The position numbers were made by a program, and so were the translations under genes. DNA of 64,000 bases from a virus. This document shows, one piece after another, positions 43,560 through 53,018 of this stretch. Under the pieces are notes generated by a model, which was not told the DNA's origin, did not search any database, and saw nothing but the letters and a program-made list of their open reading frames with translations. Within the stretch, counting starts at the first letter, position 1, and each line of letters opens with the position of its first letter. Location of the stretch: the IMG/VR virus record IMGVR_UViG_3300009550_000009. One strand, 5' to 3'.

Positions 43560-44687
43560 ATGTCTCGTGGCACAAAATTACAAGAAATGGAAGTAAAGAC
43601 ACAGCAATCTAAATCCGCTGTCAATGCTAACGCCAAGCCAGGCGATCCAATGCCAAAACTTACAACAGGTGGAACACCACCAACATATGAAGATCTCGGA
43701 GGGCCAACTCCTGAGAATTATAGACCAGATGATGATTCGGCAAAAATCAAAGAGCCAGGCGGTTCCCTTAAACAAGTTAAGGATGTCGTTAACAAAGGTG
43801 CTAAAGGAGCAGACCCCATGAAGTCCGGTGGGAAAGGTTACAAGGAGGAAGAAGAGGTGGAACTCGAAGACCAGCAAGAAATTGTTTCTGAAGATGACGC
43901 TGCTACCGAAGAGGAAGTAGTTGCAGAAGAAGATCAAGTAACCGAAGAGCAAGTTGAAACTTATGACATCGATGATGATGTCAAAGCTTTACTTGGAGGA
44001 GAAGAACTCTCTGAAGAGTTTAAAAACAAAGCAAAAACAATCTTTGAGACTGCGCTCAAGTCTAAAGTTGCCGAAGTAAGGTCACTTTTAGAGCAGCAAT
44101 ACGAGGAAAAACTCGGACAAGAGATTGTTGAAGCAAAAGAGGAACTCTCAAGTAGAGTTGACTCATATCTTGAGTATGTCGCTGACGAATGGTTTACTGA
44201 AAACCAGTTAGCAGTAGAGACAGGACTCAAAGAAGAACTTACAGAATCATTCCTTGGTGGAATGAAAAGTCTTTTTGAAGAACATTATGTATCAATCCCT
44301 GAAGATAAATACGATGTGCTTGAGAGCATGGTAGAAAAACTTGATGACATGGAAACAAAACTCAATGAGCAAATTGAGAAGAATATTGGATTAAACAAAC
44401 GTCTCGCAGAGTCGGTTGCCGATGGTATTCTTGATGAAGTTTCTGAAGGGCTCGCGTCCACACAGAAAGAGAAGCTCGCTTCACTTGCCGAAAGTGTAGA
44501 GTTTGAAAGTGAATCCGAATATCGTGAGAAGCTAGAGGTTTTAAGAGAATCATATTTCTCTTCAAAATCAACACCTTCATCAGCTAAAACTGAAACTTTA
44601 TCTGAGGGAGTAGATAGTTCACCTGAATCAGTTCAGGGTTCTATGAGTGCATACCTGAAAACACTTTCAGCATTTAGCAAAAACTGA
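43560..44687 (+). CDS. gp22: Prohead core scaffold gp22
   Basis: LSEEFKNKAKTIFE; VDSYLEYVADEW; TCTAAATA late box at 43514-43521. Confidence 0.95.
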   Translation: MSRGTKLQEMEVKTQQSKSAVNANAKPGDPMPKLTTGGTPPTYEDLGGPTPENYRPDDDSAKIKEPGGSLKQVKDVVNKGAKGADPMKSGGKGYKEEEEVELEDQQEIVSEDDAATEEEVVAEEDQVTEEQVETYDIDDDVKALLGGEELSEEFKNKAKTIFETALKSKVAEVRSLLEQQYEEKLGQEIVEAKEELSSRVDSYLEYVADEWFTENQLAVETGLKEELTESFLGGMKSLFEEHYVSIPEDKYDVLESMVEKLDDMETKLNEQIEKNIGLNKRLAESVADGILDEVSEGLASTQKEKLASLAESVEFESESEYREKLEVLRESYFSSKSTPSSAKTETLSEGVDSSPESVQGSMSAYLKTLSAFSKN

Positions 44688-44732
44688 TTTTAAAATTAAA
44701 TCAAACGTAAACTTTAAAAGGTAAATCCGCAA

Positions 44733-46175
44733 ATGTTTCAATCAGAATCATTGCAGGAAAAGTGGAAGCCACTTCTTAACTATGAGGGCCTTGATGAAAT
44801 CAAAGATCCCCATCGTAAAGCAGTTACCGCTGTCCTGTTAGAAAATCAAGAAAAATTCCTCAGAGAGGAGCAAGCATTTACATCAGGAATCAACCTGATG
44901 GAACAACCAACTGTTAATACAAACACTGGTGCTAATGCTGGTTTCAGTGCTGGTGCAACTGCATCTGGCCCTGTCGCTGGTTTTGACCCTGTATTAATCA
45001 GTCTTATCCGTCGTTCTATGCCTAACTTGGTCGCATATGACCTAGCAGGTGTTCAACCAATGAGCGGCCCAACTGGACTTATCTTCGCGATGAGATCCAA
45101 GTATAACACCATGTCCGGTGGAAGTTCTACAGAAACATTCTACAACGAAGTAGATTCTGCATTCTCCGGTCGTGACAGAGGAACTAACGCCGAAACAGGT
45201 TTTGTTGACGGTGCAGCTGGTATGGGAACAACATCTGTTTCTTCTACTAACCCTGCAGTTCTTAACCCTGTATCATCTGCTGATTCCACATCCTACAGAG
45301 TAGGTCAAGGAATGAGAACAGACGAGGCAGAAGCGTTGAATACTGGTCAAGATCAGTTCAACCAGATGGCATTCTCAATCGAGAAGATCACTGTTACTGC
45401 TAAGTCCAGAGCACTAAAGGCAGAGTATAGTTTAGAACTTGCTCAAGACCTTAAGGCAATCCACGGATTAAACGCAGAGGCAGAACTTGCTAACATCTTA
45501 TCAACTGAGATACTTGCTGAGATAAACAGAGAAGTTATCAGAACAATCTATAAGACTGCAGAGCAAGGTGCTGTTCAAAACGTTGCAACCGCTGGTATAT
45601 TTGACTTAGACGTTGACTCCAACGGTAGATGGTCAGTTGAGAAGTTCAAAGGACTACTCTTCCAGATCGAAAGAGATGCGAACGCAATTGCACAAAGAAC
45701 TCGTAGAGGAAAGGGTAACATCATCCTTTGTTCTGCTGACGTTGCTTCTGCTCTAACAATGGCTGGCGTTCTTGACTACACTCCTGCACTTAATGCTAAC
45801 CTTAACGTTGATGACACCGGTAATACATTTGCTGGAACATTACAAGGTAAGTTCAGAGTATACATCGACCCATATGCTGCTAACCTAACAGGTTCTGCAT
45901 CTGGTGGTGCTGCTCCTACAGGTGGTAATCAATACTATGTTGTTGGTTACAAAGGAACATCTCCATACGATGCTGGATTGTTCTACTGCCCTTACGTTCC
46001 ACTTCAGATGGTTCGTGCAGTGGGAGAAAATAGTTTCCAACCAAAAATCGGGTTTAAGACTCGTTATGGTATGGTTGCTAACCCATTCGCAGAAGGCACA
46101 CAAGCAGGTCTTGGTTTCCTTAGTGTTAACTCAAACCGCTACTACAGACGTGTTGCTGTTAAAAACCTTATGTAA
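44733..46175 (+). CDS. gp23: Major capsid protein gp23
   Basis: LIRRSMPNLVAYD..GVQPMSGPTGL; KSRALKAEYS.ELAQDL; FQPKIGFKTRYG. Confidence 0.99.
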   Translation: MFQSESLQEKWKPLLNYEGLDEIKDPHRKAVTAVLLENQEKFLREEQAFTSGINLMEQPTVNTNTGANAGFSAGATASGPVAGFDPVLISLIRRSMPNLVAYDLAGVQPMSGPTGLIFAMRSKYNTMSGGSSTETFYNEVDSAFSGRDRGTNAETGFVDGAAGMGTTSVSSTNPAVLNPVSSADSTSYRVGQGMRTDEAEALNTGQDQFNQMAFSIEKITVTAKSRALKAEYSLELAQDLKAIHGLNAEAELANILSTEILAEINREVIRTIYKTAEQGAVQNVATAGIFDLDVDSNGRWSVEKFKGLLFQIERDANAIAQRTRRGKGNIILCSADVASALTMAGVLDYTPALNANLNVDDTGNTFAGTLQGKFRVYIDPYAANLTGSASGGAAPTGGNQYYVVGYKGTSPYDAGLFYCPYVPLQMVRAVGENSFQPKIGFKTRYGMVANPFAEGTQAGLGFLSVNSNRYYRRVAVKNLM

Positions 46176-46197
46176 GCGAGATGCTTATATATTTTTC

Positions 46198-46226
46198 AAA
46201 GAGACCCTTGACGGGTCTCTTTTTTT
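46198..46226 (+). terminator. Intrinsic terminator after g23
   Basis: AAAGAGACCC-TTGAC-GGGTCTCTTTTTTT. Confidence 0.9.
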
Positions 46227-46236
46227 ATGCTATTCT
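46208..46236 (+). promoter_or_regulatory. Sigma70-type promoter embedded in the g23 terminator
   Basis: TTGACG (46208-13), 17-nt spacer, TG-C-TATTCT extended -10 (46231-36). Confidence 0.65.
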
Positions 46237-46261
46237 ATAAAAGCATACACACATTTACACT

Positions 46262-46465
46262 ATGAAACCCGTAGCACGAGTAACCGACAAGTTTGATGTC
46301 GTCACTTTTTTAGCAGATCAATATCTATTAGAGTCTATTAATAGTATCGATAAAAGATTAGGGCAAGGATATGCCAAAAAGAATCCTCAATTAGTTTCTA
46401 CAATGGTTAAAATTATGCAAGATTGTTCTTTTGTTAATGAAGGACAAATTGCAGTATTAAATTAG
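46262..46465 (+). CDS. Orphan 67-aa protein in a terminator-flanked cassette
   Basis: ORF lies between its own promoter and terminator. Confidence 0.7.
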   Translation: MKPVARVTDKFDVVTFLADQYLLESINSIDKRLGQGYAKKNPQLVSTMVKIMQDCSFVNEGQIAVLN

Positions 46466-46470
46466 CAAGA

Positions 46471-46495
46471 GGAGACCCGAAAGGGTCTCTTTTTT
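46471..46495 (+). terminator. Second intrinsic terminator with the same stem
   Basis: GAGACCC-GAAA-GGGTCTCTTTTTT, followed by TCTAAATA late box at 46497-46504. Confidence 0.9.
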
Positions 46496-46521
46496 ATCTA
46501 AATAAAGAAAAGAGTAATAAT

Positions 46522-47076
46522 ATGTCTCGACCATCACAAATTGAAAATAGAAATTTTCTCTCTCCAGTTGGGTTTAAATTTAATCTTAAACGAAGTCCGG
46601 GGGTTGCTTTCTTTTGCAATACTGCAAATATTCCAGACCTCAACTTAGGAGTTGCCAACCAACCAAACTACTTAAGAGATATACCAGTTCCCGGTGATAA
46701 AATTGATTTCGGTGATTTAAACATCCGATTTCTTGTTGATGAAGACTTAAAAAATTTCATGGAAATACAAAAATGGTTAAGAGGTTTAGGTTTTCCAGAA
46801 GAAGTTCAAGAGTTTCGTGATTGGGAAGCAAGTGGACTTCAACCAAAAAGAAACTATGGTAAAGCACCTCAAGATATTTTTTCTGATGGAACTTTACAGA
46901 TTTTAAGTAGTAACTTTATTCCTAAATTTAATGTTACATTTAAAGATTTATGGCCCTATAGTTTGACTACTTTATCATTCGATGCTACAGATACAGATAT
47001 TGAATACTTTACAGCTGATGCAAGTTTCAAATATACCATGTATAATATAACTGACTTATCCAATAATCCTTTATGA
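46522..47076 (+). CDS. gp3: Tail tube terminator / tail completion gp3
   Basis: NRNFLSPVGFKF; PGDKIDFGDL.IRFLVDE; SDGTLQIL. Confidence 0.92.
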   Translation: MSRPSQIENRNFLSPVGFKFNLKRSPGVAFFCNTANIPDLNLGVANQPNYLRDIPVPGDKIDFGDLNIRFLVDEDLKNFMEIQKWLRGLGFPEEVQEFRDWEASGLQPKRNYGKAPQDIFSDGTLQILSSNFIPKFNVTFKDLWPYSLTTLSFDATDTDIEYFTADASFKYTMYNITDLSNNPL

Positions 47077-47507
47077 TTGATCTTGAAAAACTTCAAGAGA
47101 TGTGGGAAAAAGATGCAAAAATAGATCGTGATAATCTACATGATGAGTCACTTAATATCCCCTCTCTACATGCAAAGTATTTTGAATTATATAATACAAT
47201 CTTTCTATTAAGAAAAAAAGCAGAACAACAAAGAAAAAATATTCGTCATGAACGGTATGAGTATTTTAGTGGAAAAGCAGATCCAGATGTTTATATTGAG
47301 AATCCATTTCCAAAAAAGATAAGAGATAAAGATACCATGACTAAGTATCTTGATGCAGATGATAAATTATCAAATGCCACTTTGAAAATAGATTACTATG
47401 ATACGATGTTAGTATATCTCGAAAGTATTCTTAAAGTAATACAAAATAGGACATTTCAAATTAAAAATGCTATTGAGTTTATGAGATTTAATTCTGGACT
47501 GGGTTGA
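47073..47507 (+). CDS. uvsY: Recombination mediator UvsY
   Basis: WEKD..ID; IPSLHAKY; R.FQIKNAIEF.RF. Confidence 0.93.
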   Translation: MIDLEKLQEMWEKDAKIDRDNLHDESLNIPSLHAKYFELYNTIFLLRKKAEQQRKNIRHERYEYFSGKADPDVYIENPFPKKIRDKDTMTKYLDADDKLSNATLKIDYYDTMLVYLESILKVIQNRTFQIKNAIEFMRFNSGLG

Positions 47508-47534
47508 TAAATACATATAGATTTATGGATCTAT

Positions 47535-49007
47535 GTGACAGCAAACGTTGTTATATCTAAAGCAAATGAAGTATTCTTGACAGTAAATGCTGAACCACAC
47601 ATTCAGTATGAACTTCGAGATCATTTCACATTTCAGGTTGAGGGTGCAAAGTTTATGCCCCAATATCGTAATCGTAACTGGAATGGTGAAATACATTTAT
47701 TTGATCTACGGTCAAAAAGAATTTACATTGGACTGTTAGATCGTATCATAGCATTTTGTAAGAAGCACGATTATAGTTATAGATTTGAAGATAATGAATA
47801 TTACGGATCTCCTTTTGAGTTGAATGAAAGGATTTCATATGAAGGTGTAAAAGATTATATACGTTCTATTTCAAGAATTTCCCCTCGTAATTATCAGATA
47901 GATGGAGTATATGATGCCTTACGGCACAATAGAAAATTATTGATATCACCGACTGCTTCAGGTAAATCTTTGATGATTTACGCTCTTGTAAGATATTATG
48001 TAGATAAATCTCAAAAAATCCTGCTAGTTGTTCCAACGACATCCCTTGTAGAACAGATGTATAAGGACTTTCAAGATTATGGTTGGGATTCTGATTCATA
48101 TTGCCATCGAATATATTCTGGAAAAGAAAAGACCAATGAATATCCAGTTACGATTACAACATGGCAATCTGTATATAAACTTGAAAGATCTTTCTTTGAA
48201 GATTATAGTGTAATCATTGGAGATGAAGCTCACCTGTTTAAGAGTAAGTCATTAATATCTATAATGACAAAACTACATCATGCAAAATATCGTTTTGGAT
48301 TTACTGGAACTTTGGATGGAACACAAACACATAAGTGGGTATTGGAGGGATTATTTGGCCCATCATATAAAGTAACTAAAACAGATGAATTGATGAAGCA
48401 GGGTCATCTATCTCAATTGGATATACAATGTTTGGTTCTCAAACACTCTCCACAAAAATTTGAAACATATGAAGATGAACTGCAATATTTAATCACACAT
48501 TCACAAAGAAATCGTTTCATAACTAACTTAGCACTTGATCTAAAAGGTAATACTCTTATCTTATACAGTCGAGTAGAAACTCATGGTGCAGTTTTATATG
48601 AACTAATAAATACTAACAAGAGTGGTAATCGAAAAGTTTTCTTTGTTCATGGTGGTGTGGATGCTGAAGAAAGAGAACAGATTCGTGAAATCACTGAGAG
48701 AGAAGTGAATGCTATTATTGTTGCATCCTATGGAACATTTTCAACAGGTATCAATATTAAAAACTTGCATAATATTGTTTTTGCCTCTCCGTCAAAGTCT
48801 CGAATTAGAAACCTCCAAAGCATTGGCAGAATACTCAGAAAAGGAACTAACAAAACCAAAGCTATTCTATACGATATCTCTGATGACTGCTCTAATAAAT
48901 CTAGAAAAAACTACACATTAAATCACCTAATAGAAAGGATAAAAATTTATAACGAAGAAAACTTTAACTATGAAATAATTACAATTCAATTAAAAGGAGA
49001 CAAATGA
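47535..49007 (+). CDS. uvsW: SF2 DNA helicase UvsW
   Basis: PTASGKS; DEAH; TGT; QSIGR; GATAAATA late box at 47506-47513. Confidence 0.97.
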   Translation: MTANVVISKANEVFLTVNAEPHIQYELRDHFTFQVEGAKFMPQYRNRNWNGEIHLFDLRSKRIYIGLLDRIIAFCKKHDYSYRFEDNEYYGSPFELNERISYEGVKDYIRSISRISPRNYQIDGVYDALRHNRKLLISPTASGKSLMIYALVRYYVDKSQKILLVVPTTSLVEQMYKDFQDYGWDSDSYCHRIYSGKEKTNEYPVTITTWQSVYKLERSFFEDYSVIIGDEAHLFKSKSLISIMTKLHHAKYRFGFTGTLDGTQTHKWVLEGLFGPSYKVTKTDELMKQGHLSQLDIQCLVLKHSPQKFETYEDELQYLITHSQRNRFITNLALDLKGNTLILYSRVETHGAVLYELINTNKSGNRKVFFVHGGVDAEEREQIREITEREVNAIIVASYGTFSTGINIKNLHNIVFASPSKSRIRNLQSIGRILRKGTNKTKAILYDISDDCSNKSRKNYTLNHLIERIKIYNEENFNYEIITIQLKGDK

Positions 49008-49399
49008 TAGAAGATGATTTTTATGCTACAATAAAATTTAAGAATGGTGAAGAAATATTTGCCAAGGTAGCAGCCTCTGAAGAAGAGGATAGAACTTTAC
49101 TTATTGTATCTAATCCTATCGTTATTAATGAAGTTAAAGCAAAGAATGGAATTTCTGGATATCGAATTGAACCATGGTTAAAAACAACTAAAGAAGATAT
49201 ATTCATGATTAATTTAACAGATATCCTAACCTTATCAGAATCATATGATGTTGAAGTAATTTCAATGTATCAAAAATGGGTAAAGGATACAACAAGAGTA
49301 AAAAACAAAGAACCAAAACTAAGTCGTGAAATGGGATATATTGCTAGTGTAAGTGATGCAAAAGATATATTAGAAAAACTATTTAAACTTAAAGGCTAA
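49004..49399 (+). CDS. Conserved cyanophage hypothetical protein (Sm-like N-terminus)
   Basis: YATIKFKNGEEIFAKV..PW; usual position between uvsW and g55. Confidence 0.75.
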   Translation: MIEDDFYATIKFKNGEEIFAKVAASEEEDRTLLIVSNPIVINEVKAKNGISGYRIEPWLKTTKEDIFMINLTDILTLSESYDVEVISMYQKWVKDTTRVKNKEPKLSREMGYIASVSDAKDILEKLFKLKG

Positions 49400-49424
49400 T
49401 TACCCTTGAACCTCTACAAAGGTT

Positions 49425-49453
49425 ATTCTACACATATTTTAATACCTTGTCAA
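49425..49453 (-). promoter_or_regulatory. Antisense sigma70-type promoter
   Basis: Minus strand TTGACA (49453-49448), 17 nt, TAGAAT (49430-49425). Confidence 0.6.
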
Positions 49454-49458
49454 GTAGC

Positions 49459-49487
49459 TTGCTATTTTGATACAAAAATGTTATAAT
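49459..49487 (+). promoter_or_regulatory. Sigma70-type promoter for the g55-g47-g46 operon
   Basis: TTGCTA, 17 nt, TG-T-TATAAT. Confidence 0.7.
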
Positions 49488-49512
49488 TTCTACATAATAA
49501 TGATTAATAGTT

Positions 49513-50007
49513 ATGGCAATAATTAAACCTATGCCGAAAAGAAAACGATCTGAACATTATGTGAATAACAAAGAGTTTCTTGCTGCTTTGATTCGATACC
49601 GTGAAGATGTAGAGATAGCAGAAATTAGAGGTAATCCAAAACCAGTTATTCCAAGATATATTGGTGATTGTTTTTTAAAGATTGCTAATCATCTATCATT
49701 TAAACCAAACTTTGTAAATTATATGTTCAAGGAGGACATGATCTCTGATGGAATCGAAAATTGCGTTCAATACATACATAATTTTAATCCTGAGAAATCC
49801 AAAAATCCTTTTGCTTACTTTACGCAGATTATTCATTTTGCGTTTCTCAGGAGAATACAAAGAGAAAAAAGACAATTAGATATTAAAAATAAAATACTAG
49901 AAAGATCCGGTTATGATGAAGTCTTTCATGGTGATAAGGTTGACGGAATGGCTACTTCCGACTATAATCAAATTAAGGATGCAGTGCACTCTAAACTACG
50001 TTATTAA
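49513..50007 (+). CDS. gp55: Late-transcription sigma factor gp55
   Basis: HYVNNKEF; DMISDGIENC; NPFAYFTQI. Confidence 0.97.
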   Translation: MAIIKPMPKRKRSEHYVNNKEFLAALIRYREDVEIAEIRGNPKPVIPRYIGDCFLKIANHLSFKPNFVNYMFKEDMISDGIENCVQYIHNFNPEKSKNPFAYFTQIIHFAFLRRIQREKRQLDIKNKILERSGYDEVFHGDKVDGMATSDYNQIKDAVHSKLRY

Positions 50008-51047
50008 TGAAAATTGCGATTATAACAGATCAACACTTCGGGTGTCGTAAGAACTCGCAAATTTTTCATGATTATTTTTTGAAATTTTATAATGATATAT
50101 TTTTTCCTAAACTAGAAGAAGAAGGTATCACTACCATAATTGATATGGGAGATACTTTCGATAGTCGAAAGGGGATTGATTTTTCTGCTTTAACTTGGGC
50201 AAAGAAAAATTACTTTGATAGACTTAAGCAGATGGGTATAACAGTTCATACTATTGTTGGAAATCATACTGCATATTATAAAAATACAAATGAAGTAAAT
50301 GCTATTGATTTATTATTGAAAGAATATGACAATGTAAGAGTATATTCTGAAACAACTAATATATGCATAGATGGATTAAATATTCTCCTTGTTCCTTGGA
50401 TCAATTCAGAAAATAAAGAAAAAAGTTTAGCATTAATTAAAGACTCACAATCTCCTGTTTGTATGGGACATCTGGAGTTAAAGGGTTATAAAGTAAATGA
50501 ATATGTTGTAATGGATCATGGGTTAGATGATAAACCTTTTGAAAAATTTGAAAGAGTTTTCTCTGGACATTTTCATACAAGATCAAATAATGGTAAAGTT
50601 TATTACTTTGGTAATCCTTATGAAATGTATTGGAATGATTATGATGATACAAGAGGATTTCATTTCTTTGATACAAACACCTTAGAGCATACTGCAGTTA
50701 ATAATCCATATCGTTTCTTCTATAAAATTTATTATGAGGATACACCTCATCAAACTTTTGATACAAGAGAATACGAAAATAAAATTGTAAAATTAATTGT
50801 TCGTAAAAAATCTGATCCTAAAAAGTTTGAAAAGTTTATTGATAAATTATATGCTTCAAATATTCATGAACTTAAAGTTATTGAAAATTTTCAATTGCAT
50901 GAGAATGAAGAGTTTGAGGCTTTTGAATCAGAAGACACTCTCTCTATTTTAAATAGGTATGTTGAAGAATCTGATGTTGATCTCAAAAAATCTACAATAC
51001 AAGATTTGATTAAAGAAGTTTATCAAGAGGCATGTGAATTAGTTTAA
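50007..51047 (+). CDS. gp47: Recombination endonuclease gp47 (Mre11/SbcD-like)
   Basis: ITDQHFG; GDTFD; GNH; SGHFH. Confidence 0.97.
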   Translation: MKIAIITDQHFGCRKNSQIFHDYFLKFYNDIFFPKLEEEGITTIIDMGDTFDSRKGIDFSALTWAKKNYFDRLKQMGITVHTIVGNHTAYYKNTNEVNAIDLLLKEYDNVRVYSETTNICIDGLNILLVPWINSENKEKSLALIKDSQSPVCMGHLELKGYKVNEYVVMDHGLDDKPFEKFERVFSGHFHTRSNNGKVYYFGNPYEMYWNDYDDTRGFHFFDTNTLEHTAVNNPYRFFYKIYYEDTPHQTFDTREYENKIVKLIVRKKSDPKKFEKFIDKLYASNIHELKVIENFQLHENEEFEAFESEDTLSILNRYVEESDVDLKKSTIQDLIKEVYQEACELV

Positions 51048-51319
51048 TGTTTGTTCTAACAATCGTAGGAAGAGAAGATGAAGGAGCATACTCTGTTCAA
51101 AATGAAGAAGGTGATAGTATCTTGTATCTTTTTGAAGAACAAGACGATGCTGTTAGATATGCTATGATGTTAGAGGATATGGATTATCCTGAAATGCATG
51201 TGATGGAAGTCGATCCAGCTGCTATGTTAAACTTATGTCAAAATTATGATTATGAATACACGGTTATTACTCCAAATGATATTGTTATCCCACCTGATAT
51301 AGAGCATGATTTTATTTGA
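51047..51319 (+). CDS. Conserved small acidic hypothetical protein
   Basis: LYLFEE.DDA.RYA..LE motif; usual position between g47 and g46. Confidence 0.75.
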   Translation: MFVLTIVGREDEGAYSVQNEEGDSILYLFEEQDDAVRYAMMLEDMDYPEMHVMEVDPAAMLNLCQNYDYEYTVITPNDIVIPPDIEHDFI

Positions 51320-53018
51320 AAAAGTTCGTTGGAAAAATTTCCTTTCAACGGGTGATCAATATTCTGAGATAGATTTTCAAGGTTCATCTACAACTTTGAT
51401 AGTGGGATCTAATGGAAGTGGAAAGAGCACAGTTTTAGATGCTTTAACTTTTGGTTTGTTTTCAAAACCATTTCGTAAGATAAACAAAAGTCAATTAATT
51501 AATACTGTTAATGAGAAAGATTTACGAGTTGAAGTTGAATTTGTAATAGGAACAATAACATGGAAAGTAATACGTGGTATCAAACCAAATATATTTGAGA
51601 TATGGAGAAATGATAAACTACTTGATCAGTTTGCATCTGTAAATGATCAGCAAAAATGGTTAGAACAAAATGTAGTAAAGATGAATTATAAATCGTTTAC
51701 ACAGATTGTAATTTTAGGATCAAGTAACTTTGTCCCATTCATGCAATTAAGTGCAACGAATCGTAGAGAAGTAATTGAAGATTTACTTGACATAAAAATA
51801 TTCACATCGATGAATAATATTATCAAGGATAAGATTAGGCAGGTTAAAGAGAAAACAAAAACTTTAGATCTTAAAAAAGAATCTTTAATTGATAAAGTTT
51901 CTATGCAAGAAAGATTTATGAATGAAATAGAGACTCGTGGTAAAGAGGATATTGAAAAGAAGAAAAAAAAGATGGATAGTTTAGGTGATGATATTTGTGT
52001 TTGTATTATGCAGAATGAGGATGCAGAGGATAGTATCTATGGATTGCAGCAAAAACAAGAAAAATTAACAGCAGCATCAGACACTTTAGCTAAACTTAAT
52101 AATTTAAAAGGTCAGATATCTAATAAAGTATCAATGATATCTAAAGAGGATAAATTTTTTAAAGACAATACGGTTTGTCCTACATGCACTCAGGAAATCG
52201 ATGAAGATTTCAGAATAAATAAAATCAATGACGCTCAAAATAAAGCAAAGAAGTTGCAATCAGGTTATAAAGAACTTGAAGATACAATTAAAAAAGAACA
52301 AGAAAGAGAGCGTCAATTTACAAAAATATCAAAGGAGATTACTAAACTCACGCATGGCATTTCTCAAAACAACTCTCTCATCTCTAACTGTCAAAAACAA
52401 CAACGAGATCTTAAAGATGAAGTTCAAACACTTACCAATCAAATTGAAAACAGAAATACTGAGCATGAAAAGTTAGAAACATTTAAACAAAATCTCCAAG
52501 ATACATATGAAGAATTAGGGTCTCAGAAAGAGAAAATAAAATATTTTAATTATACCTATGAGTTATTGAAAGATGGTGGAGTTAAAGCAAAAATTATAAA
52601 GAAGTATTTACCATTAATAAATCAACAGATAAATCGTTATCTACAGATGATGGACTTCTATATTAATTTTACTCTTGATGAAGAGTTTAATGAAACCGTT
52701 CAATCACCAATTCATGAAGATTTTTCATATGCTTCGTTTAGTGAGGGAGAAAAACAAAGAATAGATTTAGCTTTGTTATTTACTTGGAGAGAAGTTGCTA
52801 AGTTTAAAAATTCAATATCTACTAATTTAATGGTATTGGATGAAGTGTTTGATAGTTCACTTGATGGTCAAGGAACAGAGGAATTTTTAAAGATAATTAA
52901 ATATGTTATTGAAGATGCTAACATATTTGTTATTTCTCACAAAACAGGTCTAGATGATAGATTTGAAAATGTGGTAAGATTTGAAAAAATTAAAGGATTC
53001 AGTAGGATGGTATCATGA
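51306..53018 (+). CDS. gp46: Recombination ATPase gp46 (Rad50/SbcC-like)
   Basis: GSNGSGKST; CPTC zinc hook; FSEGEK; LDEVFDSSLD; ISH. Confidence 0.98.
   Translation: MILFEKVRWKNFLSTGDQYSEIDFQGSSTTLIVGSNGSGKSTVLDALTFGLFSKPFRKINKSQLINTVNEKDLRVEVEFVIGTITWKVIRGIKPNIFEIWRNDKLLDQFASVNDQQKWLEQNVVKMNYKSFTQIVILGSSNFVPFMQLSATNRREVIEDLLDIKIFTSMNNIIKDKIRQVKEKTKTLDLKKESLIDKVSMQERFMNEIETRGKEDIEKKKKKMDSLGDDICVCIMQNEDAEDSIYGLQQKQEKLTAASDTLAKLNNLKGQISNKVSMISKEDKFFKDNTVCPTCTQEIDEDFRINKINDAQNKAKKLQSGYKELEDTIKKEQERERQFTKISKEITKLTHGISQNNSLISNCQKQQRDLKDEVQTLTNQIENRNTEHEKLETFKQNLQDTYEELGSQKEKIKYFNYTYELLKDGGVKAKIIKKYLPLINQQINRYLQMMDFYINFTLDEEFNETVQSPIHEDFSYASFSEGEKQRIDLALLFTWREVAKFKNSISTNLMVLDEVFDSSLDGQGTEEFLKIIKYVIEDANIFVISHKTGLDDRFENVVRFEKIKGFSRMVS

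Noticed and set aside
34978-53018. Introns, inteins or homing endonucleases in g17, g20, g23, uvsW and g46
   Set aside because: Genes are of normal length and uninterrupted; no intein or HNH/GIY-YIG motifs seen
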